Below are positions 1 to 13,798 of a DNA stretch of 64,000 nucleotides, piece after piece (the stretch's first letter is position 1; every line of letters starts with the position of its first letter). The notes under the pieces are model-generated. The model was not told the DNA's origin. It searched no databases and worked only from the letters and a program-made list of their open reading frames with translations. The stretch lies in contig MU058781.1 of the NCBI GenBank assembly GCA_013265495.1, positions 4,217,050 to 4,281,049 of the forward strand, in the 5' to 3' direction. Both the position numbers and the translations under genes were made by a program. The DNA comes from Vicugna vicugna (Eukaryota).

Positions 1-59
1 AAAAGCTATAAAGGACAATATGGGGATGAGTAGGGAAAACAGAATAGGGACTACATATT

Positions 60-352
60 GGAAAATAGAATTATGTCAATAATAACTTTCATGAGTATGA
101 TAATTAGATTACGGTTATGTGGGAGAACACCCTCATTCTAGGGTAACTTTAACAGAGAGGCATGTAGGCGTGAAGTGTCCTGAGAGCTGCAACTAATACT
201 CAAATGTTCCAGCAACCAACCAACCAACCAATCACTCTCAGAGAGAGTTACAGCAAATGCGGCCAATGTTAACAACTGGGGAATTTCAAGAGTATACAGA
301 TGTTTTTTCAACTTTTCTATAGGTATTAAATTTATTCAAAATTAAAAGTTGG
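60..352 (+). mobile_element. Old LINE-1 3' UTR end (L1MC/L1ME-type)
   Basis: Resembles the recalled L1M 3' end (ggttatgtgggagaac...gcaactaatactcaaatg...aatgttaacaactgggg...aacttttctataggt...caaaattaaaagtt). Confidence 0.6.
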
Positions 353-374
353 TTGGAAAAAACTAAATACTCCT

Positions 375-605
375 AGCAATACTTATGTAGCACTTACATC
401 GTGCTACAAATACTCTTCTAAGCACTTTACACAGAGTAATTCGTTTAACCTTCATAACACCCTATATGGTATATTATTATTGGCTGCCTTTTACACATGA
501 CACGGTAGAGGCCCAGAGAGGTTAAGTGATTTGACTAAGGTCCACAGCCAGCGAGGAGTAGAGCTGGGATTCCAGCTGGAGTCCACGCCATTTAACCTCT
601 CTGCT
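375..605 (-). mobile_element. MIR SINE
   Basis: Reverse-complement MIR core (gaggcccagagaggttaagtgatttgactaaggtccacagc) with tail and tRNA-derived head. Confidence 0.8.
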
Positions 606-774
606 AAATTCGTATCAGGTGTATCGCAGCTCTCACTGCCTTCTGTGGTCGTGGGACAGGTTGTCCTCACATCTCAACACTCAAACACTTGAAAGATCTC
701 CTTTATCTTCATTTGAAGTTTATCTTTGATCCATGTCTTCTGTTTCTACAATGGGCCCATCCAGAGCAATTCAC

Positions 775-912
775 TCTCTCTTCCACTAGACTGTAAGCTC
801 CGTAAGAATTAAGAAACGGCCATGTTCGCTACTGTGTCCCCAGGTTGGAAAAATACCTCCTGGCACACAACAGGAACTCACTAAATACTTATCAAATGAA
901 TGAATGAATGAA
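775..912 (+). mobile_element. L2 LINE 3' end
   Basis: ccactagactgtaagctcc...ctggcacacaacaggaactcactaaatactt followed by a (TGAA)n tail. Confidence 0.7.
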
Positions 913-1184
913 CATCAGCCTTTCAAATATTTGAGGTCAACTGCTGGAAATTTCCACTCTCTGTTGAAAGAATTCCTAGTCCCTTCAATTGTTCCATTAA
1001 TATTCTAGTGACTTCCTCTAAATATTTCCAGTTTTTCTAGTTTTCACAGGTGTGTCCAGAACTAAAAACAGTATTCCAGAGTTCACTGATCACTGTCCCT
1101 TTCCTTGTTTCAGATGATTTCCTTTTAATGGAGCCTAAGAAATTCTAACAATCTTTTAAATGGCACTGCAAAAACTACAGAAGA

Positions 1185-1930
1185 GACTTACTAGCAAAGA
1201 TGGTGGGCTGATAGAGCCATTGTTACCACACATTAACTATTGCTCTATCCTAATTCCAACTAAAACAATAGTTTTTTTTTTTTTGCTTGCATAAACCCCT
1301 GAGGACGAAGGTAATGAGAGTGAAGGAAATAGTAATAATGTTTTGGAAGCTGGAAAGTGGGTGAACAAATGGTAACTGACTTATCTGACCTAAGAAAGAT
1401 GAATCGTAAGCCAACAGGAGGATCAGGTGATGCTAAAGAATCTCAAAGTTTTCAGAAATTGGTGGCGTTAGTTATCTCTAGAAGGAGGGCTTAATGCGCA
1501 GGGTCAGAACAGGAGGGTTGGTCAAAAATCTGTTTAAGACTTGAAAACTCCTCTGTGCAGCCTTCCTTTACCCCAGCAGATACCGAAGGGTCTATTCTCC
1601 CAGGAGTAATAGAGAGGGTCTCTGGACAGAGGTTACACCAGACACAGTTTGGGGCAGGGATATCTTAATGTAAAGAGGGCTAAATAGAATTGGAGGAGGA
1701 TTAAATAAATATTTACATGCTGATGTCAAGACCTATGCCCTCTTCCCTCACTCTCCTTCACAGTGTTGATAGCTTATCTCTATCCTTCAAGCAAGAGCTG
1801 GGAAAGCGTTTCTCTGGAGAATCCAACTAGTCCAAGGGGAAGGACTTAGGAAATCGACAAGGAGGGCTCCCCAAAGAAATGACTGGCTCCACAGCGTGTA
1901 AACTCTACCCCTGAGCTCAGAGCTTCCAAT
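1185..1930 (+). mobile_element. Ancient L1 (L1ME/HAL1-like) 5' region
   Basis: caaagatggtgg start and ggaagctggaaagtgg...ggtaactgacttatctgacc motif recalled from ancient L1 5' ends; family uncertain. Confidence 0.4.
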
Positions 1931-1961
1931 TGGATTTAAAATTTAAAAAAAAATTTCCCTC

Positions 1962-2322
1962 ATTCATTGTAGTTAAATATACACAAGATATAATTTTATC
2001 AATTTAACTATTTGTAAGTGTACAGTTCAGTGGCATTAAGTACATTCACACTGTTATGCAGTCATCACCACCATCCATCTCCAGGATGTCTTCATCATCC
2101 CAAAAGGAAACGTACCCATTAAACAAGAACTCCCCATTACCCCTTCCCCTCAGTCCCTGGTAAACTCTACTTTCTGTCTCTTCGAATTTGGCTGTTCTAG
2201 GTCCTCACGTAAGTGGAATTATGTTATCTGACTTAGCATAATGTCTGCAAAGTTCACCCATCTTGTAGCATGTGTCAGAAAGTCTTTCCTTTCTGGGACT
2301 GAGTAATATTCCATTGATGGAG
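1962..2322 (-). mobile_element. LINE-1 3' end (L1MB-type)
   Basis: aagtgtacagttcagtggcattaagtacattcacactgttatgcagtcatcaccaccatccatctccag is a typical antisense L1MB 3' UTR. Confidence 0.85.
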
Positions 2323-4349
2323 GGACAGGAAACTAGAGAGGTAAAGTAAAGCCTTTTTGTTAACTCTTAGCCTAGGGAGTTTTTTCTTCCCTCCCAAAGC
2401 CAGGATGCTTTCTAAAACCTCCCTGCACAGCATCACAGAGAAGCCACCCCAGGTGCTAACCACTGCAACAGCAGATGGTTTTGCAGGCCCTACAGTAGAG
2501 GAGAATGACCTCTTAAAATTGCATCATACACGGTTTACAGATCAGTGCAGAAGCACATGGAGACAGCTATCTGGGCTACACAAATATGGCTGATGCAGAC
2601 CCTGGACCCTTAAGTCTGAATTGTGAACAACCATTAGCAAAGAGTGAGAAAGAATTCTTTGCTGCTGAGAGCACAGCCCTGATCTGGGAACAACGAGCCT
2701 GGCACGGACCACCACGGGGCACGAAGTGGTGTTCAATGCAGGAGATGACTGCCGTCAGGTTGATCACGCTCCAAGGACTCAGACTAAAGTAGAGATGTTT
2801 ACATTAGTCCCCCTTCATTAAGGGTTTTTCCTGATTCCTATCAAAAGCAATGAGATCCACATGAGAAACCTACAGTGGTTGCATCTCTACATTAATTGAT
2901 GTTCTTTATGCAGTCATTATTTTGGTTTTCCCCCCGACACTTAGAGAATAAATCTTTTCTTTATTCAAATATTACTGAGCACCTATGTGTTAAATGCTAT
3001 ACATGCCATTGAGGATACAATGTTGAATAATCAAGACACCTTTTAGTATATGAGACAGATAATATCTTTCCTATTCATTTAAACAAATATTTATAAAGCA
3101 CCTTGGTATTTCAGGAGCTGTGCTAGAAGCTGAAACAGTAAGCAAAGCAGGAATGATTCTGGTATTAGATAAATATATATGCTTAAGTTAACAGTTAAAA
3201 ATAACATGTAGTTTTATACCACGTAGCCTAGATTAAATCATTGTCATTTAAATATTTTAAAAATCTATATGACATTCTAATCATGTTACTTTTCTCTTAA
3301 AATCCTTTGATCTTCAAGTACAAAATCCTTACAAAGCCCTTCGTACTGATTTCTGTGCCTGATTTTACAACTTTTTTTCTCAGCACGTCTCCAAAATATA
3401 CCTATATGAAAAGAAAACCAAACTTTTCTTAAATTTCCAGGCGGGCACCATGCATGTCTGCTTTTGCACTAATTTTCCATTGATCTGAAAATCTCCTCCC
3501 AACTCACACGCTCCCATCTTACTCTTCAAAGCTCAGCTCAGACTTCACCAGTCGAGCAGAACTGGTTCCCTCTCCTGAGCAGCGCAGTTTAACATGTGTA
3601 GCAGAACTGAATCTCAGTCTACCTCCTTAGCTGGCGGGACATTTCGCTGTACTCTTGAGAACACACCATTTTCTGACTGCCAGTGTTGCCGTGGCAGGCT
3701 AGCAAGCCCTAGCAAGGCAGTCACACTTGAGACCTGCCGTCCGCACCCTGGGCTGTGCCACGGGTCTGCAGCCACACAGGGCTGGGGTTGGGTAGGCAGG
3801 GAGCCCCTCTGTCTGGCAGTCCTCAGTTCGCACAGCGTGCCCCAGGTACCGCTCCCTGGGGTGCACTGGCATTTTGCTGCCTTTGTGCTATGCCTGGGGA
3901 CATAAGCATCTTTGCAAACCCGCCTAGGGTCTCGTCTGCAGCCTAGACGAGCCATGCATCCACTTCTCTCTGTGGTCTTTCCACTGTTGCAGCGAAGGAC
4001 CCTGGAGCCAGACTCACGGACCTCAGTCTCTTCCCCTCCTCCTCCTTCCTGCTATAGGAGGAGGATCCAGTCCAGTAGGGAGGAGGCAGGGGAAGAAAGC
4101 ATTTACCTTTTAGCCCAAGGACACCGGTATTTGTCTATTCCTGTATTATTTTCTCCCCTCTGGGGCTTAGGCTTTTGAAAACAAAATGCAGGACATATAC
4201 CAGCCTATTTCTCCTTTCAACCCAGCCATCTGTCTCACCTGAGAATGTTAACTTGAAGCCTGCTTGAATGGAAGGGGAGGGGAGAGAGGTAGTGGAAAAA
4301 GAAAAAAAAAATGTCATGGATTATTTCCTCAAGTAATATCCTGCTTCAC

Positions 4350-4800
4350 TTGTAGACCAATCAGCGTCACACAGTAGAGTGCTTCTTGGTATCGGGCGCT
4401 TGCTGGAGGCCGGGTCACAGCCTAGTTATCTTCGTATTCTCTGAATTCTGAGTAGCCTAATGTATCACAGATACTCAAAAACTGTTTATTGAATGAGTGA
4501 GTGAATAAATGAATCAAAGCATCAGGGAGAGCTCGCCCCTGCTTAACAACTTCAATGGCTCACCGTCACCTGAATGATAAAATTACAGCTCTTCAGGCTA
4601 ACAAGGTGAGGCCTTTTAGTGTCTGCTCTTGATCCTGTTTTCCACTTCCATCTCACTTGTCATTAATCTCTTTATTTGTAGTCCGACTTCTCCACTGAGC
4701 TGGGAGCCCCTTGAAGGCAGAGATCACATCGTATTCCAATCCAGAAGTAAACATAGGAAAATGTGCCTAATAAGTGCTGTATTAATGCATCGTTTAAGCA
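4350..4800 (+). mobile_element. L2 fragments
   Basis: gaatgagtgagtgaataaatgaat tail, cccctgcttaacaacttcaatggctc and ctccactgagctgggagccccttgaaggcagagatc L2 motifs. Confidence 0.5.
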
Positions 4801-5134
4801 AAACATAGGGTATCCAGTTCACATTTGGTCAAGATTCTAGTGCCCAGAGCAGGCAGACCTGGGAAGCACTAGCACTAAAAGGATGGAGACTTCCCAAGGC
4901 ATACGTCTTTCTAAATCTTTCAAACACTGTATATATATGGTTGTAAGTTTTACCTGCTGGATAGCAGGGGCAAAAAATGTAAACATAAGAGGAAGAGAAG
5001 TATGGTGGGAAACGAAGGATGAGTAGACACCAAACCGAGCCGCTTCGGGGGAAGGGTAATTGTTATTCCTTCTTTTCCCAGCATCAGCACCTCGCACACA
5101 ATATCTGCAACACAACAGGCACATTATTTTTTAA

Positions 5135-6840
5135 AATCAGGTCCCGTGAGTCTGCCAACTTTCTCTTCTCTGCATTTTAAAAACTTGTTCTGGCTATGCT
5201 AGTTTCTTTGCATTTCCATATAAACATTAAAATATTTTTGAACCTACAAACAAAACAAAACCGAACCTGCTAGACATTATGTAACTCTGCGACTAAGTGG
5301 TGGGGGGCTGACATTTTAACCGTATTGTGTCTTCCAGTCTCTGAACATAGTATGTCTATTTATTTAGGTCTTTTGTTTTTTATTTCTTTCACTAGCATTT
5401 TGTAGTTCTTAGCATGAAGATTCTGCACATGCTGTGTTAGATTTTCACCTAAATATTTCTTTTTGGAGAAATTACTATAAATGGCATTGTTTTATTTTTT
5501 TTCCCTTGCTTGCTAGTCTTAAAGAAATACAATTGATTGTTGCTTGTGGATATGCAAGTTTTAAAAATTCTCTTATTAATTGTACAAGCTTTTTGGTAGA
5601 CTTCATGGATATTTCTATGTAGATAATTATCTTGTGTTCAAAAAAAGGCAATTTTAAAATACTATATGACTTTTATTTCTTTTTCCTGTCTTGTTACACT
5701 GGCTAGAATTTCTAGTATGATGCTGAATAGGACTTGTGACAGTAGATATCTTTATTTTGTTTTTAATCTTAAGGAAAAGTCCATTATAAAGTTAAGAAAG
5801 TTCCCTTCCTTTCCTACTTTACTGAGAGTTTTTACATGGAGTGAATACTGAGTTTTGTCAAAGGACTTTTCTCCATCAATTGATAGGATAATGTGATTGT
5901 TCTTTTTTGATCTATTACTGATAGATTGTTTTGACTGGCTTTCTAGTATTGACTCAGTCTTGGACTACCAGGATATATTCCACTTGATTGTGATGTGTTT
6001 TTTATTTGATATATTGTTGGCTTTGATTTGCTAGATTTTTTTTGAAGATTTAAAAATTTTTTTAATCCATGTTTATGGGGGTGGGTATTCTTTTGCAGCT
6101 GCCTTTTTTTTTTTTAACTGTCTTTGTTTTTTTATATCAGGGTATTGCTGACCTAAAAAAATGACTTGGGTGGTAGACTCCTTTTAATTTTCGGGCAGAG
6201 ATGGTATAGAATTGGTATTATTTCATTCTTAAATATTGGTAGAATTAATGGATAAAACCATCTGAGTCTAAAGATTTCTTTTGTTAGGAAATTTTAAATT
6301 ATGAATTCCATTTCTTTAGTAAATATGGAGCTTTTCTTCTTGAGTGAGTTTTGGTAGTTTATGTCTTTCAAATAATTGGTCCATTTTATCTAACTTGCTG
6401 AATTCATGTTTCTTTGTATTATCCCTTTATTATCTTTTTAATGCCTCTGGGGTCTGTAATTATATGCTTTCCTAATAATAATTTGCATCTTCTCTCTTTT
6501 TTCTTTTGTCAGACTGGCTAAAGGCTTATCAATATTATTGATCTCTTCAAAGAACCAATGTTTTATTTCATTAATTTTCTTTATTGTTCTTCTTTATAAG
6601 TTCCATTGATTTTTGTTCTTATCTTTACTACATCCTTCTGGGTTTCTTTTACTCTTCTTTCTATTTTCTTAAAGTAGAGCTTAGATTTTTGAATTGATGA
6701 CTTTCTTCTTTCCTAGTAAAAGCATTTAATGTCACGATTGTCCCTCTAGGCACTGCTTTATCTTCATCTGACAAATTTAGAGATGCTGTACTTTCATTTT
6801 TTGTTCAATTCAAAATATTTTCTAAGTTTATTGAGACTAT
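5135..6840 (-). mobile_element. Degenerate LINE-1 ORF2 fragment
   Basis: Long T-rich antisense L1 (ggctagaatttctagtatgatgctgaatag; aagttaagaaagttcccttcc; atctcttcaaagaaccaa); no intact frame. Confidence 0.85.
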
Positions 6841-6924
6841 AGCTGACAGACGCAAACTGAGTTGTCTAATGATAAATCTGAGTGAGTGGTCTTTAGGTAC
6901 TATTAACTGGGTTTTTTTTTTTTT

Positions 6925-7075
6925 TTTGGCTTAGACAACAGAAGTGTATTTTCTCACAGTCTGGGGGCTGGAAGTCCAAGATCAGGATTGGTGTCCTTGT
7001 CTTGTGGATGGCTGTCTTCTCCCTGTGTCCTCACCAGTGTGCCGCCTGTGCACACGCACCCTTGGTGTCCCTCCT
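6925..7075 (-). mobile_element. MaLR MLT1 LTR fragment
   Basis: ggcttagacaacagaagtgtattttctcacagtctgggggctggaagtccaagatcagg. Confidence 0.7.
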
Positions 7076-7327
7076 AACTGAGTGATGTCATATTGGTACC
7101 TCCTCACTAACTCAAGCAAGGCGTTGCAAGACAGATTTTAAGAAACCAATCATGGCATAAAATGTTTACCTTGAACTGTTTAAGTATAATTTAAACATTT
7201 GCAATTTAGGATAACAATTTCTCTGCAATATAATTCTGGGAAGATCCTAGAACCAAACTCGTGAAATTGCCTCAGAATCAGAAAACTTCGTTTCGCCAGC
7301 AGCAACTTATCTTCCAGAAATATGCTA

Positions 7328-7513
7328 CAACGTTGTTTCGCAAGCTTTAGTGTGCATCAAGATCACTTCGGGAGTTTATTAAACAGATTTCTGGGCCTCC
7401 CCTGGAAGAACTTGATTTGTAGATCTGGAGTAGGCACAAAGACTCACATTTCCAGCGAGTTCCAAAGCGCTATTTATGCTGCTGGTCTGAGAACCACACT
7501 TTAAATAGTGTTG
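7328..7513. mobile_element. MER5A-like hAT-Charlie MITE
   Basis: ctttagtgtgcatcaagatcac...gctgctggtctgagaaccacactttaaatag; ~185 bp. Confidence 0.7.
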
Positions 7514-10438
7514 CTCTACAGCATGAGAAGATACTGTGCAGCAAGTTCTCCTTGACACGCTTTCATGCTTTGTGTGATTGTCTACCCCTCGTCCTCTTTT
7601 ACTTCTTTAAAATCTTTGTGTCTTCTTCCCTTTCCCCTCCCTGCCCTCTAAATAGGGATATGTTCCAAGATTAAACCCTTGGTTCTTATCGCCTCGTCTT
7701 TCCTTCCATTATATATTCAATAACTACTTATTGAGAATCTACTCATTGTTAAGCTTGGCTCTAGGTACCATGTAAGGCAAAACCAGTAAGATCCATGCCC
7801 CTTGCTCCAGTATTGTCTTCTCTGTGAAAATGTTCTCAGAACTTTCTCACAAACATGACCCTCTCTTCTTTGGCTTTCCCATAGCTCTTTATTTGTTTCA
7901 CTCAGCTGGCTTTTATTTCATATTATCTTGGTTGGGAATTCCCTGAAACAATATCCCAAATCTTGATTGAAAACAGGATCTGGACTGGGCAAAACTATCT
8001 CAACCTCCAATTTTGATTATGTCACCCATCTATATCTACTCTTTCATTCAAAAGCAACTTTCAGTAATTATATCAGCCTTGTAATTGGTTGGAAAATTGT
8101 GACAATCTCAACACAACACCATCTTATAACAACATAAAAAATATAAATATATAAGGAGTTATGCAAAATTTTGATTAGTATTAGAGATGTTGCAAGACAA
8201 CAGGGAAAAGGAAACAAAATTCCACTTCTAAGCATATTAGCAAAAGACAAGTATTTATGGAATTTACCTTTATCTCATTCAGTTCAATCAACACATACTG
8301 ACAAGTCACAATATGCAAAACATTACTATTGTACTTGCACGCATTTGTTTTTTTCTAGCCTGTATCATGCCTCTCCAAGTTGTGTGGGGAAATATGACAT
8401 CAGTGGAAACCTGTCTGAGCTGTCTCTGTCCTGTCCTCTGTCTTCCTTCTCTGATATAAAGGGCTCATACTGGATGGCAGAATGATAACAGAAATCCCAA
8501 CCTCACCTGATTTACTAGGTCCGCAAATGTTCACCCCTCCTGGGCAAGTAAGCAGAGTGGGAGGGCATTTGGATAAAAGAAGCAAAGAGGAGCCACGAGT
8601 AAACCAGTACATCTTTGGATTCAAGTGATTTAACACAGAATGAATACCAGGCCTTTCCTGGGGCAGGAGGGAAGTGTCATTCCGCCCATCAACTAATGTC
8701 ATGACCACATCGAATTCAGAATACCCTCATACTTTTGTTGCCCCATAATGGAGAAGTGTCACACTCACATTCAACTTACACACACTCGACCACGTTTTTG
8801 GAAAACAACCACCACAACAAACATATTTCTCACACAGCATGGCCCTTAAATGCACGCCAAATATTTTATCTGATGCTCAATAAAAGAAACAGAGTTGTGT
8901 TTCAATAATGGAAAAAAACTGGCTGTGTTGGCTCCACTGAAAGATGGTGTGCTATTTGCAAAGCATGCATACTGTTTTTTGTGGGTGGTTGAAGGGACCT
9001 TCTTGGGTGAGAAAAAGCTGATGTCTCAGTGCTCCTGGGGCTTCCATAGGAAGCTGTGGAATTAGGCCAGTGGCTATCAGAGACCGCTCTTCTAGACCGT
9101 CAGCAGATGAGAGCACGAGGAAGGCTAGGTCTCCATGGAAACCACCTTCCCCTACTTTTCTATCCTGCACACTCCTCCTTCTTCCCTTTTTTCCATTTCT
9201 CTTATCAGAGAACTTTCCTCAGTTCACAACCTGGGGCAGGGGGAGTGATGCACTGAAGGTTTCATTGAAAGGAGAAGTTGGTGTTGTGCACATCTGGTGG
9301 GAACTCTCACTCCAGATAAGCCCCAGTGCAGTACAATAACTGTATCCAGCTAAGCATTATCATAGCTTGGTTGTTTCCTAAGCATAAGAGACCTCGGGTT
9401 GTCCTCGCTGTAAGTTCAAGTTTGGGATTATTTCTAGGCAGGACACAACATGAAGGCTATTTTTATCTATGGCAAACTGTAGCCCTTCTTCTAGATGAAT
9501 GATTATCAGGTTTTAAGAGGATGAGAGTTATATTTATATTTTACTACTGTGCAGAATTACGGAGGAAACATATAATTAGAAGAAAAATCCAGATATCCGG
9601 AAGGAAGATGGGGAGACAAGGGCAGAGTGGCAACCCATGGTACCAGGGCGAGTTGCTAATCCATCCGTGGAGCGGTGTGATTGCTCCAGAGGAACGAGGT
9701 CACCAGGAAAACCTTTGCTTAGAAACTAAGTTAAGAATAAGGTCCCCATTGTTTGTCTTACAGTGGCCAGAGTTCATGAGTGTCTTACTTTGTCCCCAGG
9801 GGCTCTGTTTCTCCACTCTAGGCTAGCTCTGATAAAGAGGAAGCAATATATCTTCTAAGAATATTTCTGTCTTGTGCTTAACTCAGTAACATTAACAGAG
9901 GGAAATGAGGTTATGTGAACTTCCCATGGATATTTTGATGGAAGCAACTCGGCTGATACAAAGGATTCCCTGTGAAACACATCCAAGTAAATAGAGTCGA
10001 GTTGATTCCAGTGATTCCCTTAGGTTTCACCAGCTCGGGAAAGAGGAAGGACTATCCTAAGAGACAGTGACTCCGTAGCTATGTGCAGATGGCCAAACAC
10101 ATTATAGGAGATGCCCTAAATAAAATGAAATGATGCAAAAATGCTCTACTGCAAATGGATTAGTGGAGAATATTTTAATGATGGAGTCAATTCTGATGCA
10201 AATAGCTTTTCCATTGCTCCATTTTCCAAATAAACAATTATTGTTGGTAGCTAGTGTGCTAGGTTCAAAACCTACCTTACCTTCAAAATCTTCTAGAGCA
10301 GAAAATTGATGATGATGAGAAAAATAAACTCTGTGGCAAAATAGTGTAGATTCATTCAGAATTTAGCAAATGTGAAGGTGATTACATTAAAAAAGAAAAT
10401 TTGCAATTTAATCCTAGAAAGAAACCTGCACTCCCCCA

Positions 10439-10472
10439 TACACACACACACACACACACACACGTGCACACA
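10439..10472. repeat. (CA)n microsatellite
   Basis: About 11 perfect CA units, then an interrupted extension. Confidence 0.95.
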
Positions 10473-12612
10473 CCCCCTTAGATTTCTGCTTTTCAGGAAG
10501 TGTTAATCATAGCCCCATAGAAAATACTTAACCTTAACACGGGAGAAGCCAAATCATCTTCCTAAATGAGGAATTAGAATAGGATACATGTCCCCAGTTC
10601 TGGGTCTGTGCAAGAATCCGTTTTGGTCTCCTCTCTGAAATATACACTTGAGTCTCTAAGCGGCAAGGTGGAGCCACAGTGAGGCTAAACTAGAGACAGA
10701 ACAAAAGTTTTGAAGTTGATTGGCAGGTTCTATGTGCCTCTGAAGTTGCCTGAAACATAGAATCCTTGATTACCCTTCTTCAGTTCTTATCCAGTTACCA
10801 TATTTTTGTGTATTCATCTCTTTCTTCTATTTTTTTTATTCATCCCTCAGAGTGGTGAACCCATGCCTTTAAAATAGTAGGTATTTGATAAATGTTCCAT
10901 GGATGAATGGATTTTTCTTATTGACTTCTAGCCTTCCAATGCTTGTCTGACTCTGTCTCCAGCAGTTACCACAGCAATGATTTCTGCTTCTTTAACAGCC
11001 TGGGTATTGTATGCCAGAGTGGGTTAATGAAACCTGAAATTACCTACCTTAAAAAATATGAATTGGGATCAAACATAGATGGGAAAAAGGGACGACTTTA
11101 ATTTCTAGATTCACCTCAACATCACAGACGCACTGTGGCATCCTCCTCTTCTTTCCCTCTTTCTTTCACACTTGGTGGCCAGTAAGTGTGAAAATAACTG
11201 AGACACGAAAGGAAGGAAAATTCTCAAAAAGGCAGTTAGAAATTTTAGACAGAGAAGCATCGGTACGACGCAATTCTCTTGAGAGCATCTGCCCGCTTCC
11301 TTCAGAAAGCCACCAGCTTTTATTCTTGTCAATAACTTCTATCATCAGGTCCAGTGCTGCTAACATAAATTATGGACAAAGAATTGGTAACAGAGGTTCT
11401 GTAGCTCATCTGGATCTGGTAAAATGAAAGGGAACTGTCTTCCCTGACAGAAATGTTCCCGCCAACAAAAGTGAAAGAAGAAAGAAAAAATTTGCCTTGA
11501 TGCTCGTCCCCTTGTTCTTCCTATGTCTCAGAATTGCCTTCAAAATAGTCTACTGAAAATGTTCCCAGAAAGAAGGTTCTGCTCAGCCTTAGGAAGACTG
11601 CAGTACCTAAGTCTGTGTCCTGCGATGATCTGTGTTGACAATATCAGAAAATATACTGCACACAAACAAAACCGTTCTAGGGTAGACTAGAAGTAAAGGC
11701 CCAGCTATTGAGAGAGAAGGCTAGGGCACCACACAGTACGCATCTGAACCCCCACACATGAGAGCATTTGGAGAGTGCAGGGCATTCCAGGCCTGGAAGA
11801 AACTAGACTCACTTGACCTGCATGTGGGTTTCTGCTTGACCAGAATGAGACAGCAGCAAACGTCCAATGACACCCTGAACAGACTTCAGAGCATTTCAGG
11901 GAAGCTCAAGCATAGTGATGCTGAGGCACCGTTATATCAGCCTTGCAAAGTCAGATCCTGTGGCTCGGTCAGCTCTTGCGTAATGTTTACATAACACACA
12001 TGTGTCCAAAATCAGCTCTGGGGACTTACTCACAATCTTCTCAGATGTTCCCAATTCTCTGTTGTCTCCTAGATGACTTTGTCCCTGTCAACACATGACA
12101 ACCTGCCAAAGAAGAATCTCATGACCTTCTTAAGTCTGCGCCTTTTTTTCTGATACAAGATTCACTGAATCTTTTCAGTGTCATCATTGAGTCTTCTCTT
12201 CTTCCACACAAGGTAGTACCCGGTAGTCACTGTTTTGGGACAAATCATCTTGTAAGGCACCTTACAAGTGTATTCAGATGATGGGTAATACGGGAGTTTT
12301 TGAACAACCGATGAGAGACGAGTTAGGTCAGGTTATCCAGAGACTCCGAGGCTTGCGCCTTCGGCCTCTGCTGTGTGAAGCAGCTGTGTAGCCAGAATGC
12401 AGAATGGACCTTTTGGGCCCACTAGACCCAGCTGTGCTAATGAAACTTATCTAAGAAAATCCTTGTAAGGGACAAAAGTGGGGGGAAGAGGTTTAAAAGA
12501 CCCAGCTAAGATCTTAACCCTCCATGTTGACTGCAAAGAGAGTTGCATTAACAGGAGGCAGATGCCTTCCAGTCTATTCTTAGTCTTTCGGGGGTCAAGC
12601 TTGGGTATAGTT

Positions 12613-12939
12613 CAAGGGTCAAAAAGCCAGGTCCCCGGAGTCAAATATGGCCTATGGTCTGTTTTTATACGCTTGCAAATCAAGAATGATTTTTATATTT
12701 CTAAATTTGGGGGGAAAATATCAAAAGAAGAATAACATTTTGTGACACCTGAAAATGATATCAAAAATCCCATATTAGTGTCTATAAGCAGTTTATACAG
12801 CAAAGTTACACCATATTGATGAAGACTGCTTTTGTGCTAAACAGAGCTGAGTTGTTGCAAAAGAGACCATATGGCCAGCAAAGAAAAAAAAAAAAAAACA
12901 GTAACCAAAAACCTTTACCAAACATTTTTCTGACCCCTG
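12613..12939. mobile_element. MER58B-like hAT-Charlie element
   Basis: Termini caagggtc...gacccctg; internal agagctgagttgttgcaaaagagaccatatggcc. Confidence 0.75.
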
Positions 12940-13099
12940 ATAAATGTCATTCTTAAATTCACCCTTGTTCCTTAAATAGATGCCTGATGTCTTGCTCAAA
13001 TGCATGGATTCTTTTCAAAGGATCATTATGTAATCTGTCAGGGAACGAGCCACTAATTTTTATAAACTGACATGGGACCAGGGGTACAAAAGAGACTGG

Positions 13100-13415
13100 A
13101 CCAACCTTGACTATCAGTCAGGGAAACACAAACTAAAACCACAACAAGATACTGTTCCACACCTACCAATTTGTAGAGAAAGTCTAAGTCTGATGTCATG
13201 AGGGTGCAGAGCAACACTGGACGCTGCTGGTGGAAATGAAAACTGGCGCGAGCGCTTTGGAGAGTGGCTTGGCAGTTTCTAGTGCAATGGGAGACATGTT
13301 CACAAGATGACCTATGATTCCATTCCCAGATTTATCCTCTATTCTGAAGAAATTCTAGCACATACGCAAGAGGAAGCACGTAGAAGGATGTTCCACATAG
13401 CCTGGTTTCTGTGGT
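13100..13415 (+). mobile_element. L1ME ORF2 3' fragment
   Basis: cagggaaacacaaactaaaaccacaacaagatac...gctgctggtggaaatgaaaactgg...ttggcagtttct. Confidence 0.65.
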
Positions 13416-13798
13416 TAACTGATGCTGTGAGTTAATAGTTTTCCCCTCCCTTCCAGGCACGGGGTAAATTGTGCTTCCAGCTCCCTTGTGGCTGGGTGGA
13501 GCCCCCTGGCTAGTTTCAGACACTGGGTTGTGAGCAGAAGTGACACATGTCGTGGCTGGAGTGTTTATAAGGCCAACGTGAGACAGTTCCAAGTTGTAAC
13601 AACCCACAGACTCGGGAGAAATTACAGTGGACCATAGAAAATATTTCAAGTTAAATAATAACACTACATATCAAAATTTATCATTATACTATCAAATACT
13701 ACATAGCAAAGCTATAGCCATGCTTAAAAGGTAATTATAGATTCAAGGGCATATCAGGAAAGAAGAAAATCTGCAAAAAAAAATCAGTAAACTTTGAA

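Noticed and set aside
2357..2792. Overlapping ORFs as a possible processed pseudogene
   Set aside because: No recognisable protein in the frames I read, and no poly(A) tail or TSD; a BLASTX search would settle it.
8171..8485. ORF beginning MISIRDVARQ, resembling a LacI-family HTH start
   Set aside because: TTG start, lacks the following GVS..TVSR motif, Cys/Ser-rich random remainder, mammalian context; coincidental.
12249..12268. Perfect 9-bp inverted repeat cttgtaagg-ca-ccttacaag
   Set aside because: About one such stem is expected by chance in 64 kb.
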